From Coriobacteriales bacterium (GTDB lineage Bacteria > Actinomycetota > Coriobacteriia > Coriobacteriales > UBA8131): a DNA stretch of 64,000 bases. The first letter of the stretch is position 1; each line of letters starts with the position of its first letter. Both the position numbers and the translations under genes were made by a program. Location of the stretch: positions 2,587-66,586 of the forward strand of contig JAITDU010000016.1 in the NCBI GenBank assembly GCA_031282405.1, in the 5' to 3' direction. The notes below the pieces were generated by a model, which saw nothing but the letters and a program-made list of their open reading frames with translations, was not told where the DNA came from and did no database searches. This document shows, in pieces, positions 38,974-48,572 of this stretch.

Positions 38974-39173
38974 CATTTGCACGTCAATTTTGTGGCACGT
39001 AGAGCCAAAGACGGTTATCGTAAGGATTGCCATCGAATCTTACCGGAGATCGGCTGGTTGGAAAAAGAGACTCTCTTCTCAAACCAGACTTTAGCGCTTT
39101 GATGTCTCGCAGGCATCCTGGTAGGTACCTGCATGACAAATAGATCGACTACAAACAAGAAGGAGGCATAGAG

Positions 39174-39941
39174 ATGCCAAATATTCTGCAAACTGTCAAT
39201 ATCGTCAAGTATTACGGCAATAAAGGCAACATCACGAAGGCCTTGACCGGTATCAGCTTCGATGTTGAGAAGGGCGAGTATATCGGAGTCATGGGGGCAT
39301 CCGGTTCTGGCAAGACCACCTTGCTCAACTGTATATCGACCATCGATTCTGTTACTTCCGGCCATATCCTAATTAACGGCCAGAATATCACCGAGATGGA
39401 TCGTAGGTCGCTTGCACGGTTCAGACGTGAGCACCTGGGCTTTGTGTTTCAGGATTTCAATCTGTTGGACACGCTTACGTGCTTTGAGAACATCGCTCTA
39501 GCCCTGACCATCCTCAAAATACCGCCTCGGCAGATAGAAAAGAGGGTCAAAGCAATAGCGCAGGCACTCAATATCGGCGAGATTCTGACAAAGTACCCCT
39601 ATCAGGTATCCGGTGGTCAAAAGCAACGTGTGGCCTGCGCACGAGCTTTGGTTACTAACCCGAGTTTGGTACTGGCAGACGAACCGACCGGCGCGCTGGA
39701 TTCCAAGTCTGCCGGTGCGCTGTTGGAGAGTTTTCGCCACTTGGTGCATACTCGCGCGGCTACGATACTGATGGTCACGCATGACGCTTTTGCCGCCAGT
39801 CACTGCGACCGGATACTGTTCATTCGTGATGGCAAGCTGTTTTATCAGTTGGTACGCGCTACCGAGACGCGCAAGCAATTCTTTGACAGGATCATCGAGG
39901 TAGTTGCGCTTATGGGAGGCGACAGCGACGATGTTAGCTAA
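39174..39941 (+). CDS. ABC transporter ATP-binding protein (BceA-like)
   Basis: Walker A GASGSGKTT, signature VSGGQKQR, Walker B LVLADEPT. Confidence 0.93.
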   Translation: MPNILQTVNIVKYYGNKGNITKALTGISFDVEKGEYIGVMGASGSGKTTLLNCISTIDSVTSGHILINGQNITEMDRRSLARFRREHLGFVFQDFNLLDTLTCFENIALALTILKIPPRQIEKRVKAIAQALNIGEILTKYPYQVSGGQKQRVACARALVTNPSLVLADEPTGALDSKSAGALLESFRHLVHTRAATILMVTHDAFAASHCDRILFIRDGKLFYQLVRATETRKQFFDRIIEVVALMGGDSDDVS

Positions 39942-41997
39942 ACTAGCGCTTGGCAATGTTCGCAAGAGCCTGCGCGACTACACGATATACTTCATCACTA
40001 TCGCCTTTGGTGTGTGTATCTTTTACACGTTCAACTCCATAGAAAGCCAACAGGTGATGATAAACGCGACCGAGAGCCAGCAGATGGCCTTGAAACTGCT
40101 CGGCGGGTTCATGGATGCGTTTTCGGTATTTATCTCCCTCGTTTTATGCTTCTTGATTGTATACGCCAATAACTTCCTTATCAAACGTCGTAAGAAGGAG
40201 TTTGGCATCTATCTTATCCTGGGGATGGAGAAGCGCTCTATCTCGTGGATACTGGTATTGGAGACAGTATTGGTGGGGCTTGCCGGTTTGATCTTTGGCA
40301 TCATTTTGGGTATCGTGGTATCTCAAGGCATGACACTCGTGACCGCCTGGATGCTTAATAGCGAGGTAACCGCCTACCAGTTCGTGTTTTCGCAGATAGC
40401 AACCATAAAGACTGTCATCTACTTTGGTCTGACCTTCTTGCTGACCTTGATCTTCAACATCATCACCATCAATAAGCAACAGCTGATAGACTTGATCAAC
40501 AGCGTTCGCAAAAACGAACGCTTTACACCGCCCCATCTGATACGCTCGGTTTTGCTGTTCATAGGAGCGCTCGGCTGTATCGCAGTGGCATACTATCTGA
40601 TGTCCCAGGGCACACTGTTCAACGACCAGGTAATATCCCTGGCGATCATCGCCCTTATCGTCCTTGGGACGTTCGTATTCTTCTTGTCGTTGTCCGGCTT
40701 TTTTCTTAAACTCCTCCAGCAATGCAAAGGATTGTATCTGCGCAACCTCAACATGTTTATACTGCGCCAGATCAACAGCAGGATACACACGAATTATGTT
40801 TCGATGGCCTTTGTGTGCCTCATGATCTCCATCGCCATAGCCGCCCTGTCATCTGGCACGGCTATTGCTGGTGCCATTACTGCCGAACAGAGGGATGATT
40901 CTCCCTTTGACGCTACACTGTCGATTCAACGGACGATTGCCAAGGGCACTGATGAATTGGCAGTTTATGCGCCACTTGATATTCCTCGGGCCTTGCAATC
41001 CCAGGGTATCGATCTGGATAGTCTGGGCGTATCCTGGGTGGCTCTACCCCTTTACAAAGGACCTGCGGAGCTGAATATCCAACTCCCGGATGGCTATGTG
41101 TCTGATCTTGTGCCCAATATAATACGCCTGTCTGACTATAATGCCGCAGCTGCTCTGCGTGGAGAAAAACCGCTCACTCTGTCAGATGGGCGCTTTGTCC
41201 TCAGGGCCAACCAACCCGAAGGGGTCTGGAAAGATGCGCTTGTGAAGTATTTGGAGGGTAATCCCACCATAGATATCGGCGGTAGCAGGCTGAGCACCTC
41301 GCTGGAGTTATTCAATACCACGATAATTGAGACTCTGGCCACTCGGACGACAGCATTGGATGTCATTGTGTCTGATGCTGTTGTGGACGCAGCTGTTCAA
41401 AACGGCAGTATCCTACCGGTACACAGGACCATCGTGGATATTGACTATGGTACACAGACAAAGGAGAGTACGGTCGTAGATGACGCATTGGCCCAACTTG
41501 TCAACGGCCGAAGCATCGTCAGCGCTGACGGGGTCGAGCTTGGCTTTATACTGGAGACTAAAAATAACGTCATGCAGACAGGGAGCTCTGCAACTACCAT
41601 TATCTCTTATATAGCTCTTTATCTGGGCATGGTATTTCTCATAGCCGCGGCCGCGCTTCTGGCCATCGCGCAGCTCTCGGAGACCAGCGATAATGTGAGT
41701 CGATACCGGCTTTTGTGTAAGATCGGTACCGAGGAACGAATGCTGCGCCATGCTCTGTTTTGCCAGATAGCCATCTATTTTGGCGCGCCACTGCTCTTGG
41801 CGTGCGCACATGCTTTCGTGGGTATTCTTGCGTTAAATTCTACCCTGAGTACAATGAAGGGCATGGACCTTTTAGGTAGCAGCCTGTTCGCGGCCCTTGT
41901 GATGGTTATTATCTACGGCGGCTATTTCCTGGCGACCTACCTGGGTAGCAGAAGCATTCTGGATCGCGAGGCGATCCGTCAGATCGCTGTTGACTAG
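39931..41997 (+). CDS. FtsX-domain ABC permease with large extracellular domain (BceB-like)
   Basis: 688 aa, about 10 TM segments, with a soluble loop of about 220 aa (approx. aa 325-545). ATG 39931 overlaps the ATPase stop. Confidence 0.9.
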   Translation: MLAKLALGNVRKSLRDYTIYFITIAFGVCIFYTFNSIESQQVMINATESQQMALKLLGGFMDAFSVFISLVLCFLIVYANNFLIKRRKKEFGIYLILGMEKRSISWILVLETVLVGLAGLIFGIILGIVVSQGMTLVTAWMLNSEVTAYQFVFSQIATIKTVIYFGLTFLLTLIFNIITINKQQLIDLINSVRKNERFTPPHLIRSVLLFIGALGCIAVAYYLMSQGTLFNDQVISLAIIALIVLGTFVFFLSLSGFFLKLLQQCKGLYLRNLNMFILRQINSRIHTNYVSMAFVCLMISIAIAALSSGTAIAGAITAEQRDDSPFDATLSIQRTIAKGTDELAVYAPLDIPRALQSQGIDLDSLGVSWVALPLYKGPAELNIQLPDGYVSDLVPNIIRLSDYNAAAALRGEKPLTLSDGRFVLRANQPEGVWKDALVKYLEGNPTIDIGGSRLSTSLELFNTTIIETLATRTTALDVIVSDAVVDAAVQNGSILPVHRTIVDIDYGTQTKESTVVDDALAQLVNGRSIVSADGVELGFILETKNNVMQTGSSATTIISYIALYLGMVFLIAAAALLAIAQLSETSDNVSRYRLLCKIGTEERMLRHALFCQIAIYFGAPLLLACAHAFVGILALNSTLSTMKGMDLLGSSLFAALVMVIIYGGYFLATYLGSRSILDREAIRQIAVD

Positions 41998-42174
41998 CAG
42001 ACTTGCGCGTAGTCTTGATGTGCGTCTTGAGCAACTGTGCCCTAAGCGACTGTGCCGGTGGTTCAGGAGCTTGGGGCGCACGTTGGCGCAACGAGTCGCA
42101 ATGAGTCTGTGACAGCGTCTCATCGGCGGGCACTGAACGGCGCGAATATGCGCGTGCATTCTGGCGTAGGGAAC

Positions 42175-43041
42175 CTATGCCTTGATTATCCGTGCTTGTG
42201 TTTTCTTGGCGGCTTGAGCCACGTGCTTTACGAGGACGCTCGTCGTGACTGTGCCCACTCCACCGGGCACCGGTGTGATTGCGCTGACAATCTCCTGTGC
42301 GGAAGCGAAATCGACATCGCCGGCCAGCGAACCATCCGTCAAGACGTTGATACCCACATCGATAACGATCTGGCCGGGCGACAGGTGCTCGATGCCCACC
42401 ATGCCGGCGCGGCCAACGCAGGCCACTACGATGTCAGCCTCTCTGACTACAGACGGCAGGTCGGCAGTACGCGAATGGGCAATCGTGACAGTGGCGTTAC
42501 GGGCTAGCAGCATGTGGGCCACCGGCTTACCCACCACAAGGCTGCGGCCGATTACGACCACACGGCGACCCGCTATCTCGATGCCATAATGATCAAGGAT
42601 CTCCAGGCAAGCCTGGGGGGTGCAGGGGTTAAAACCTCTGTCTTCGCCCGTGAACACTCCTACCACCGAGGCATCGGTGATGCCGTCGATATCCTTATGG
42701 GGTGCCAACGTGTTGCGTGCGGTATCGTCATCTATATGCGTCGGCAGGGGACGCAACAGCAACACGCCGTGGGCAGTATCGTCGCTGTTAAGCTGTTGGA
42801 TGGCCGCTACCAATTCTGCTTGGGAGCAATCGTCTGGCAAGATGAGTTCCCGTACCACTACACCCACCTGTTCGCAGCGTCGGGTGGCTCCGCGGGCGTA
42901 GGCGACAGCATCCTCGCGTTCACCTACGCGCACGATGACTAAGGTCGGCCGTGCACCCTGTGCGGTCAATACCTCTACGAGTGCGGTGGTTGCCTCGTTC
43001 ATGGCTGCGACCACGGCGGCTCCTTTAAGTATTTCTGTCAC
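42175..43041 (-). CDS. folD: Bifunctional methylene-THF dehydrogenase / methenyl-THF cyclohydrolase
   Basis: 288 aa. VIVRVGEREDAVAY, VVVIGRSLVVGKP, TPVPGGVGTVT are FolD hallmarks. Confidence 0.94.
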   Translation of the reverse strand: MTEILKGAAVVAAMNEATTALVEVLTAQGARPTLVIVRVGEREDAVAYARGATRRCEQVGVVVRELILPDDCSQAELVAAIQQLNSDDTAHGVLLLRPLPTHIDDDTARNTLAPHKDIDGITDASVVGVFTGEDRGFNPCTPQACLEILDHYGIEIAGRRVVVIGRSLVVGKPVAHMLLARNATVTIAHSRTADLPSVVREADIVVACVGRAGMVGIEHLSPGQIVIDVGINVLTDGSLAGDVDFASAQEIVSAITPVPGGVGTVTTSVLVKHVAQAAKKTQARIIKA

Positions 43042-43076
43042 GTGCGTTCTCCTTCCTATATACTATTATATTAGCA

Positions 43077-43727
43077 TCAATCTTGTGGAAGCAATTGAAG
43101 CAGCACACCCTCATAGGCGGCCTCGGCACGGGGTAGATATTCGGCGAGCAGGGACTCAGCTTTGGCGTTGTAGCCACTCGCCTGCTCAGTGTCGGTCATC
43201 AGTCTGGTATTGATGAAGACGTTGAGGCTTGCGGCCTTAAGCGCCGCCTGGCACAGCACAGCACCAACACCGGCATCGCTGATAGCAATGCGCGCGCCTA
43301 TCTGCCCAAAGCGTTCTAACACGACTATGGCTCGCGCGCAGGCCTGCATAATGCGCAAAGGCACTTCGCAACAGACAACAAGGCATCGTTCCAGTATCTC
43401 GGTCTTTTGCGCGCGCTGTTCATCGGTGTTGGTGGGCAGACCATAGGCCTCGGACAAGGGTACAAAGGCCTCGGCATCAGCGTCAACAAGTTTAAGGAGT
43501 TCATTTTGGAGGTCGTCGGACTGTTGTTTGAGTGTGACGATTTCGTCTTGAACAGTGGCGTACTTGGCTTTGCCAAGGGTCAGGCTGCCCACCATGTTGC
43601 CCAACGCTACGCCCAAAGCCGCTACCAGCGCCGCGGTGCCACCACCACCGGGCACCGGGGCCTTGGAAGCCAAACGTTCGATAAACGCGGGACTCGTGAG
43701 TTCATTAATACTTATGTAGCTGCCCAT
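43077..43727 (-). CDS. fchA: Cyclodeaminase/cyclohydrolase family protein (FchA-like)
   Basis: LASKAPVPGGGGTAALVAALGVALGNMV is the typical FTCD_C-type motif. Start at MGSYISI after AGGTGGTGG. Confidence 0.85.
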   Translation of the reverse strand: MGSYISINELTSPAFIERLASKAPVPGGGGTAALVAALGVALGNMVGSLTLGKAKYATVQDEIVTLKQQSDDLQNELLKLVDADAEAFVPLSEAYGLPTNTDEQRAQKTEILERCLVVCCEVPLRIMQACARAIVVLERFGQIGARIAISDAGVGAVLCQAALKAASLNVFINTRLMTDTEQASGYNAKAESLLAEYLPRAEAAYEGVLLQLLPQD

Positions 43728-43743
43728 AGATATTACCACCACC

Positions 43744-45423
43744 TCAGAATAGTCCACTGATAACACCGCGCTCGTCAACATCGATACGTTCGGCTGCCGG
43801 AACCTTGGGCAGACCCGGCATGGTCATGATGTCGCCTGTGAGCGCCACCACGAATCCAGCCCCGGCCGACACCTTAAGATTGCGCACGGTTATCGTAAAT
43901 CCTTGCGGCGCACCCAAAAGAGCAGGGTCATCGCTGAAGCTGTACTGCGTCTTGGCGACGCAAATCGGTAGTGTACCAAAACCTAATTCAGTGAGTTGAC
44001 CTGCCTGTTTTATAGCCTGCGCTGTAAACGTGACGCCGTCGGCATGGTATATCTTTGTGGCGATAGCGTCGAGTTTATCCTCGATAGGCATGTCCAGATC
44101 ATAACTGAACGTAAAGTCGTTTGGCTGTTCTATCAACGCGAGCACCTCGCGGGCTAAAGCGATGCCTCCTTCGCCACCTTTCTCCCATACCTCCGAAAGC
44201 GCGACATTGACGCCGATCTCTCGGCATTTTTGCTCCACAAGCTCAAGTTCGGCTACGCTATCGCTGGGAAAGCGGTTAATAGCCACGACAGCCGGCAGCT
44301 TGTAGACCGTAGTGATATTTGCAACATGCTGAAGCAGATTGGGCAAACCGGCCGCCAGTGCGGACAGATTCTCCACAGCGAGATCGGCTTTGGCTACGCC
44401 GCCATGGTGTTTCAAAGCGCGTACGGTAGCCACGATAACTACTGCACGGGGATTGAGCTCTGCCAGGCGGCATTTGATGTCCAAAAACTTCTCGGCACCC
44501 AAATCAGCGCCAAATCCGGCCTCGGTTATCGCCACATCGCCCAAGCGTTGCGCCAGGCGTGTGGCCATGACCGAATTACAACCATGCGCAATATTAGCAA
44601 ACGGCCCACCATGAACGAAAGCCGGCGTTCCTTCTAGGGTCTGTACCAGGTTTGGTTTGAGCGCGTCTTTGAGGAGCGCGGCCATGGCACCGGCGGCACC
44701 GAGATCTGTGGCGGTGACGGGCGCGCCGGCGCGGTTGTAAGCCACAATGATACGCCCACAGCGCTGTTTGAGGTCGCTGATTGAGTTGGCCAGACAAAGT
44801 ATGGCCATAACCTCTGAGGCTACCGTGATGTCAAAACCATCCTCGCGCGGCACGCCGTTAGCCCGAGCACCCAATCCGTCGACGATTGAGCGCAGTTGCC
44901 GGTCATTCATGTCCACGGCCCTGCGCCAGGTGATGCTGCGCGTGTCAATGTCCAGAGCATTGCCCTGATGGATATGGTTATCGAGCATGGCGGCGAGCAA
45001 ATTATTAGCTGCGCCGATGGCATGAAAATCGCCGGTAAAGTGGAGATTGATGTCTTCCATCGGTATCACCTGTGCCCAACCGCCGCCGGCAGCTCCACCC
45101 TTGATGCCAAAAACCGGGCCGAGGGACGGTTCACGCAAAGCGACGACGGCTTTTTTGCCAAGGTGGCACAATGCGTCAGCCAGACCAACGGTCGTCGTGG
45201 TTTTGCCCTCACCGGCCGGCGTGGGATTGATGGCTGTAACCAAGACGAGCGCGCCGGTTTTTTTTGGCTTACCACTATCGTCTTGCAACACATTAAAGTC
45301 CACCTTGGCCTTGTGAATGCCATATTGCTCAATGTCGGATGGGGCGAGCCCCAGTTCGGCGGCAATCTCGGCAATCGGGCGCGGTGTAGTAGATTGGGCA
45401 ATCTCGATGTCAGAGAGCATGGG
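43744..45423 (-). CDS. fhs: Formate-tetrahydrofolate ligase
   Basis: MLSDIEIAQ..., [28 protein letters not shown]. 559 aa from ATG 45423. The track start at 45543 adds a non-homologous leader. Confidence 0.95.
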   Translation of the reverse strand, partial: PMLSDIEIAQSTTPRPIAEIAAELGLAPSDIEQYGIHKAKVDFNVLQDDSGKPKKTGALVLVTAINPTPAGEGKTTTTVGLADALCHLGKKAVVALREPSLGPVFGIKGGAAGGGWAQVIPMEDINLHFTGDFHAIGAANNLLAAMLDNHIHQGNALDIDTRSITWRRAVDMNDRQLRSIVDGLGARANGVPREDGFDITVASEVMAILCLANSISDLKQRCGRIIVAYNRAGAPVTATDLGAAGAMAALLKDALKPNLVQTLEGTPAFVHGGPFANIAHGCNSVMATRLAQRLGDVAITEAGFGADLGAEKFLDIKCRLAELNPRAVVIVATVRALKHHGGVAKADLAVENLSALAAGLPNLLQHVANITTVYKLPAVVAINRFPSDSVAELELVEQKCREIGVNVALSEVWEKGGEGGIALAREVLALIEQPNDFTFSYDLDMPIEDKLDAIATKIYHADGVTFTAQAIKQAGQLTELGFGTLPICVAKTQYSFSDDPALLGAPQGFTITVRNLKVSAGAGFVVALTGDIMTMPGLPKVPAAERIDVDERGVISGLF

Positions 45424-45629
45424 TGGTCCTTTCCGGTTTGGGTCTGAGCTTACAGGTCTGAGCTTACAGACCTGGGTCTGTGGGCTCGGCTCGTGGGCCT
45501 GATTGTGCCGGGTGGCTCTATCGCTGTGGTAGGAACTGCTCACAGTTGCGGGAAACGCGATTTGTAGTCGGCCCTTTTGCTGTGGTTGGGAAGGAAACTT
45601 CCTGCGACAACGCGCGGCTTCAGGTGGTT

Positions 45630-46454
45630 TCAGGTGCGGGGTGTGGCCTCAAACATTCCGTCTCGGTAAGCCTGCAGGTAGTCCATACAGTATTCATCTT
45701 TACCTAACAGGGCATTGGTAGCATGCAGTGTGGCCTGCATGCTCGGCGAGGTTGGGTCCATGATGGCGCTGTCCATACCAGCGGCCATTGCCAAGGCCAA
45801 AAACTGTGTGTTTATCGCTCGGCGAAAGGGCATACCAAAAGAGATATTACTGAGCCCGGACGTAAAGTGCACCGTTGGGTACTCGGCATGAATCAGGTGG
45901 ATAGCCTCGGTAAAATTGGCCAGTGAGTCCTGTTTTGTGGCCAGGGTGGTCACCAAGGGGTCAATGAAGATGCGCTCGGGGGCTATGCCGGTCTCTGCAG
46001 CCTGATCGATCATCTTGCGCGCGATTTCCAGCTTGATTTCCGGGTCGTCCGGGATGCCGTTCTGGTCGCAGGTCAGGGCCACTACGCCCCATTTGCTCTC
46101 GGCAATGACCGGAAAGACCACATCACATTTGGTTCGACCATCATCTACCGTCTCCATCGACACGGAGTTCAACAGACCGGCGCGCTGAACCAATCCTCGC
46201 ATATCTAAGAGCAGCTGCGGGTCGGAACTGTCCAGACAAAGCGGTGTGTCGCAGGACTCCTGTACCAGTCCAATCAGCCATTCTAAAGTCTGCTGCTCCA
46301 ACTCCTGGGATGTGCCGGCACAGATATCCAGATAGTTTGCTCCGGCCTTTGTCTGCGCCTTGGCCAGTTGCCTGATGTACTCGGCATCCTGAGTCTCGAT
46401 GGCAGCCAATGTCTTGGGGATAAAACCGTTGATCTTCTCGCCAATGATTATCAT
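45630..46454 (-). CDS. Methyltetrahydrofolate:corrinoid methyltransferase (pterin-binding, AcsE/MeTr-like)
   Basis: [11 protein letters not shown]...LDICAG...LCLDSSDP...IDPLV...GLSNISFG...[14 protein letters not shown]. Recalled close similarity to Moorella MeTr. Confidence 0.88.
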   Translation of the reverse strand: MIIIGEKINGFIPKTLAAIETQDAEYIRQLAKAQTKAGANYLDICAGTSQELEQQTLEWLIGLVQESCDTPLCLDSSDPQLLLDMRGLVQRAGLLNSVSMETVDDGRTKCDVVFPVIAESKWGVVALTCDQNGIPDDPEIKLEIARKMIDQAAETGIAPERIFIDPLVTTLATKQDSLANFTEAIHLIHAEYPTVHFTSGLSNISFGMPFRRAINTQFLALAMAAGMDSAIMDPTSPSMQATLHATNALLGKDEYCMDYLQAYRDGMFEATPRT

Positions 46455-48226
46455 CTGTCCTCCTCATGTTGCTGTTTGTCTGGTATCGCCTCTGATGCCT
46501 CGGTCGACATCCTTATTGCCTGTACCGGGTCAAGCGGCTCGCGCTTGGCGGCGTTATCGCGCTCGTGAGTGTAGTTGCTCCAAGCCGACGTCTTATCCAG
46601 GTTCCAGTCGCTGGCCGGGGTGAGATAGCTGCCCAGTGCAGCTAACTCATCATGTTTTTTGAGCCGGTGATAAGCCTTGAAATGCACGCAGTAGCGCTCA
46701 TGGGGATACACCTCGCACCAACCCAGGAAGCTGCCGCCGCAGGGCCCGTTGCGTTGGCATTTGGGGCATTCGGCCATCGGACAGCTGAATACAGTGGCCT
46801 CCAGTCCGCAGTCGCCACAATCCTGACAGCCATAGAGAAAGGCCTTACCCAAATGCTCAAAGGTATGTTTGCGCTGTCGGCCACGCTTGCGCTCCTTGCG
46901 GTCCATTATTCGACTGAGCAAAGGGTAGCCGCGTTTGTCTTTTGTGAGCACCCAATAATGGAAGAAGCGCGAGAGGCCGTAGCCCTTGAACAGTGCGCGT
47001 TCGTGGCGCAGTTCGTTTCGGGGAGAAGGTCGTGGTCGATCAGGCCGATCACAGTCAGGGGGTTGGTCCGCTTCGGGTCGGCCTGTGGGCCGTGAGCTTG
47101 CCGGCTGCGGGGCCGTGGGCTGTGGATCTATTGCTGTGGCCGGAAGATTCGATTGATCCTCGTTCGCCGTCGGTCCGGAGCTTTTTTCTCCCGATTCTGG
47201 CAGGTACAGATAAAAGCCGTCGGGATGTCCATAGTTCATACCCTGCGCGAGGCTTTGCCAGTCTGTCTGCAGCTCCTGTGCCCGGTCGAGCACCTGCACT
47301 ACGGTCTGGGCGTTGAGCCCCAGACCGCCTATATGCACGCCGGCGTAGCCCAGTCCACGCGCGATGGCGATCTGCGCTGCTGCTCGCTCCAGGCGCGCCC
47401 GCTTGCCTTTATCCGGATGTGTGCTTTCTAAGGCAAGTTCATCAAGCAGCGCGTCACTAACGTAGCAGCCCGGGAACTTGCCGGCACTCATGAGCCGTCC
47501 GATACCGGCGTTTAAGATGAATACGTTGGCTATGACGGGCAGCGCGTGGCCCTTCTCTCGCAGATACCACAGCAGCTCTTGCATCTTGCGCGCATCAAAG
47601 CCCAACTGCGAGATGATGAACTGAGCGCCGGCGTGGATCTTCTTGTCCAGCTTTACGTACTGGGTGATGGTTTCGGCTTCGGTCCATTTAAACGGACTGA
47701 CCACGACACCGGCAAAAAAGTGCGCGGGCTTCTCGCATCGTACGGTGGCAGGGTCGCCTCCTGTAGGCGCGCTGGTCCTCGTTGCGCAGGGTAGTCCCGC
47801 ATTCATCTGTGTTATCAGTTTGAGAAGTTGAACGGGATCGAGGTCAAAGACCGGCTTTGACAAGCCACTCCAGCCCGAAGCGGGATAGTCACCCGTCATG
47901 ACCAACACGTTGCTTACACCTTGGCGCTCCAGGGCATAGAGTTGACTCTGTAGTTGGTTGCGACTGCGGTCTTTGCAGGTCAGATGCACAAGAGGCGTTA
48001 TCCCGGCTGCCATGAGTTCGGCGGCAAAGGCATCGGCAAACAGCGCGGCATGACCGCTGGGGTTGTCCGTTACCGATACCGCGTGCACTCGGCCGGTTGC
48101 ATGAATACGCTGGGCTTCGGAGAATTCGGCCAATTGGGAGTCCTCACGCGCACCGCGGCCAGGGACGACCTCGCAGCTTACGGCGAACTCGCCAGACAAA
48201 AGTGCGTCGCGAAAGCGATTGGGCAA
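46451..48226 (-). CDS. metF: Methylenetetrahydrofolate reductase (MetF) fused to a C-terminal Cys-rich MetV-like domain
   Basis: N-terminal part is MTHFR-like (VSVTDNPSG, LTCKDRSR, VLVMTGD). A Pro-rich linker is followed by GCQDCGDCGL...CPMAECPKCQRNGPCGG, resembling the MTHFR_C/MetV zinc-ribbon domain. Confidence 0.85.
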   Translation of the reverse strand: MPNRFRDALLSGEFAVSCEVVPGRGAREDSQLAEFSEAQRIHATGRVHAVSVTDNPSGHAALFADAFAAELMAAGITPLVHLTCKDRSRNQLQSQLYALERQGVSNVLVMTGDYPASGWSGLSKPVFDLDPVQLLKLITQMNAGLPCATRTSAPTGGDPATVRCEKPAHFFAGVVVSPFKWTEAETITQYVKLDKKIHAGAQFIISQLGFDARKMQELLWYLREKGHALPVIANVFILNAGIGRLMSAGKFPGCYVSDALLDELALESTHPDKGKRARLERAAAQIAIARGLGYAGVHIGGLGLNAQTVVQVLDRAQELQTDWQSLAQGMNYGHPDGFYLYLPESGEKSSGPTANEDQSNLPATAIDPQPTAPQPASSRPTGRPEADQPPDCDRPDRPRPSPRNELRHERALFKGYGLSRFFHYWVLTKDKRGYPLLSRIMDRKERKRGRQRKHTFEHLGKAFLYGCQDCGDCGLEATVFSCPMAECPKCQRNGPCGGSFLGWCEVYPHERYCVHFKAYHRLKKHDELAALGSYLTPASDWNLDKTSAWSNYTHERDNAAKREPLDPVQAIRMSTEASEAIPDKQQHEEDR

Positions 48227-48572
48227 GACAGTTCCTTCCTTTTAGTGCGAATTTACCTATTGTAACTTGTTGTGACCGGCAGACAAGGCTCAATTTATGG
48301 CTTACCGCTAGCGGCAGGGCGCGTGTCCTTGATGCAATATTCCTTATGCGGGCACGCTACTGTTTGTGCATGGGGGTCGCTCTTTTGTTGTACGCCGCAG
48401 CCAGCCTGGGCATGATTATTGTATGATAGGAGTTGATTGGCCTTTGGCTTGTCGGCTCTTGATCGACTGGCTTGCCGACTCGTTTAATGGAACGAGAGGA
48501 TTATGGAATGGAATTGAGCGGCTACAGCTCTGACAAAGTCATCATACTAGGGATAAACGTAGGGATAAACGC

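Noticed and set aside
38875-39102. 75-aa ORF in the kinase/ABC spacer of the Bce module.
   Set aside because: It has no SD, odd composition (many Arg/Cys/His) and contains the putative operator. It is more likely non-coding promoter or leader DNA.
48549-48572. Tandem tagggataaacg x2 immediately upstream of the corrinoid activase start codon.
   Set aside because: There are only two short units overlapping the likely ribosome-binding region. The evidence is insufficient to call a regulatory element.
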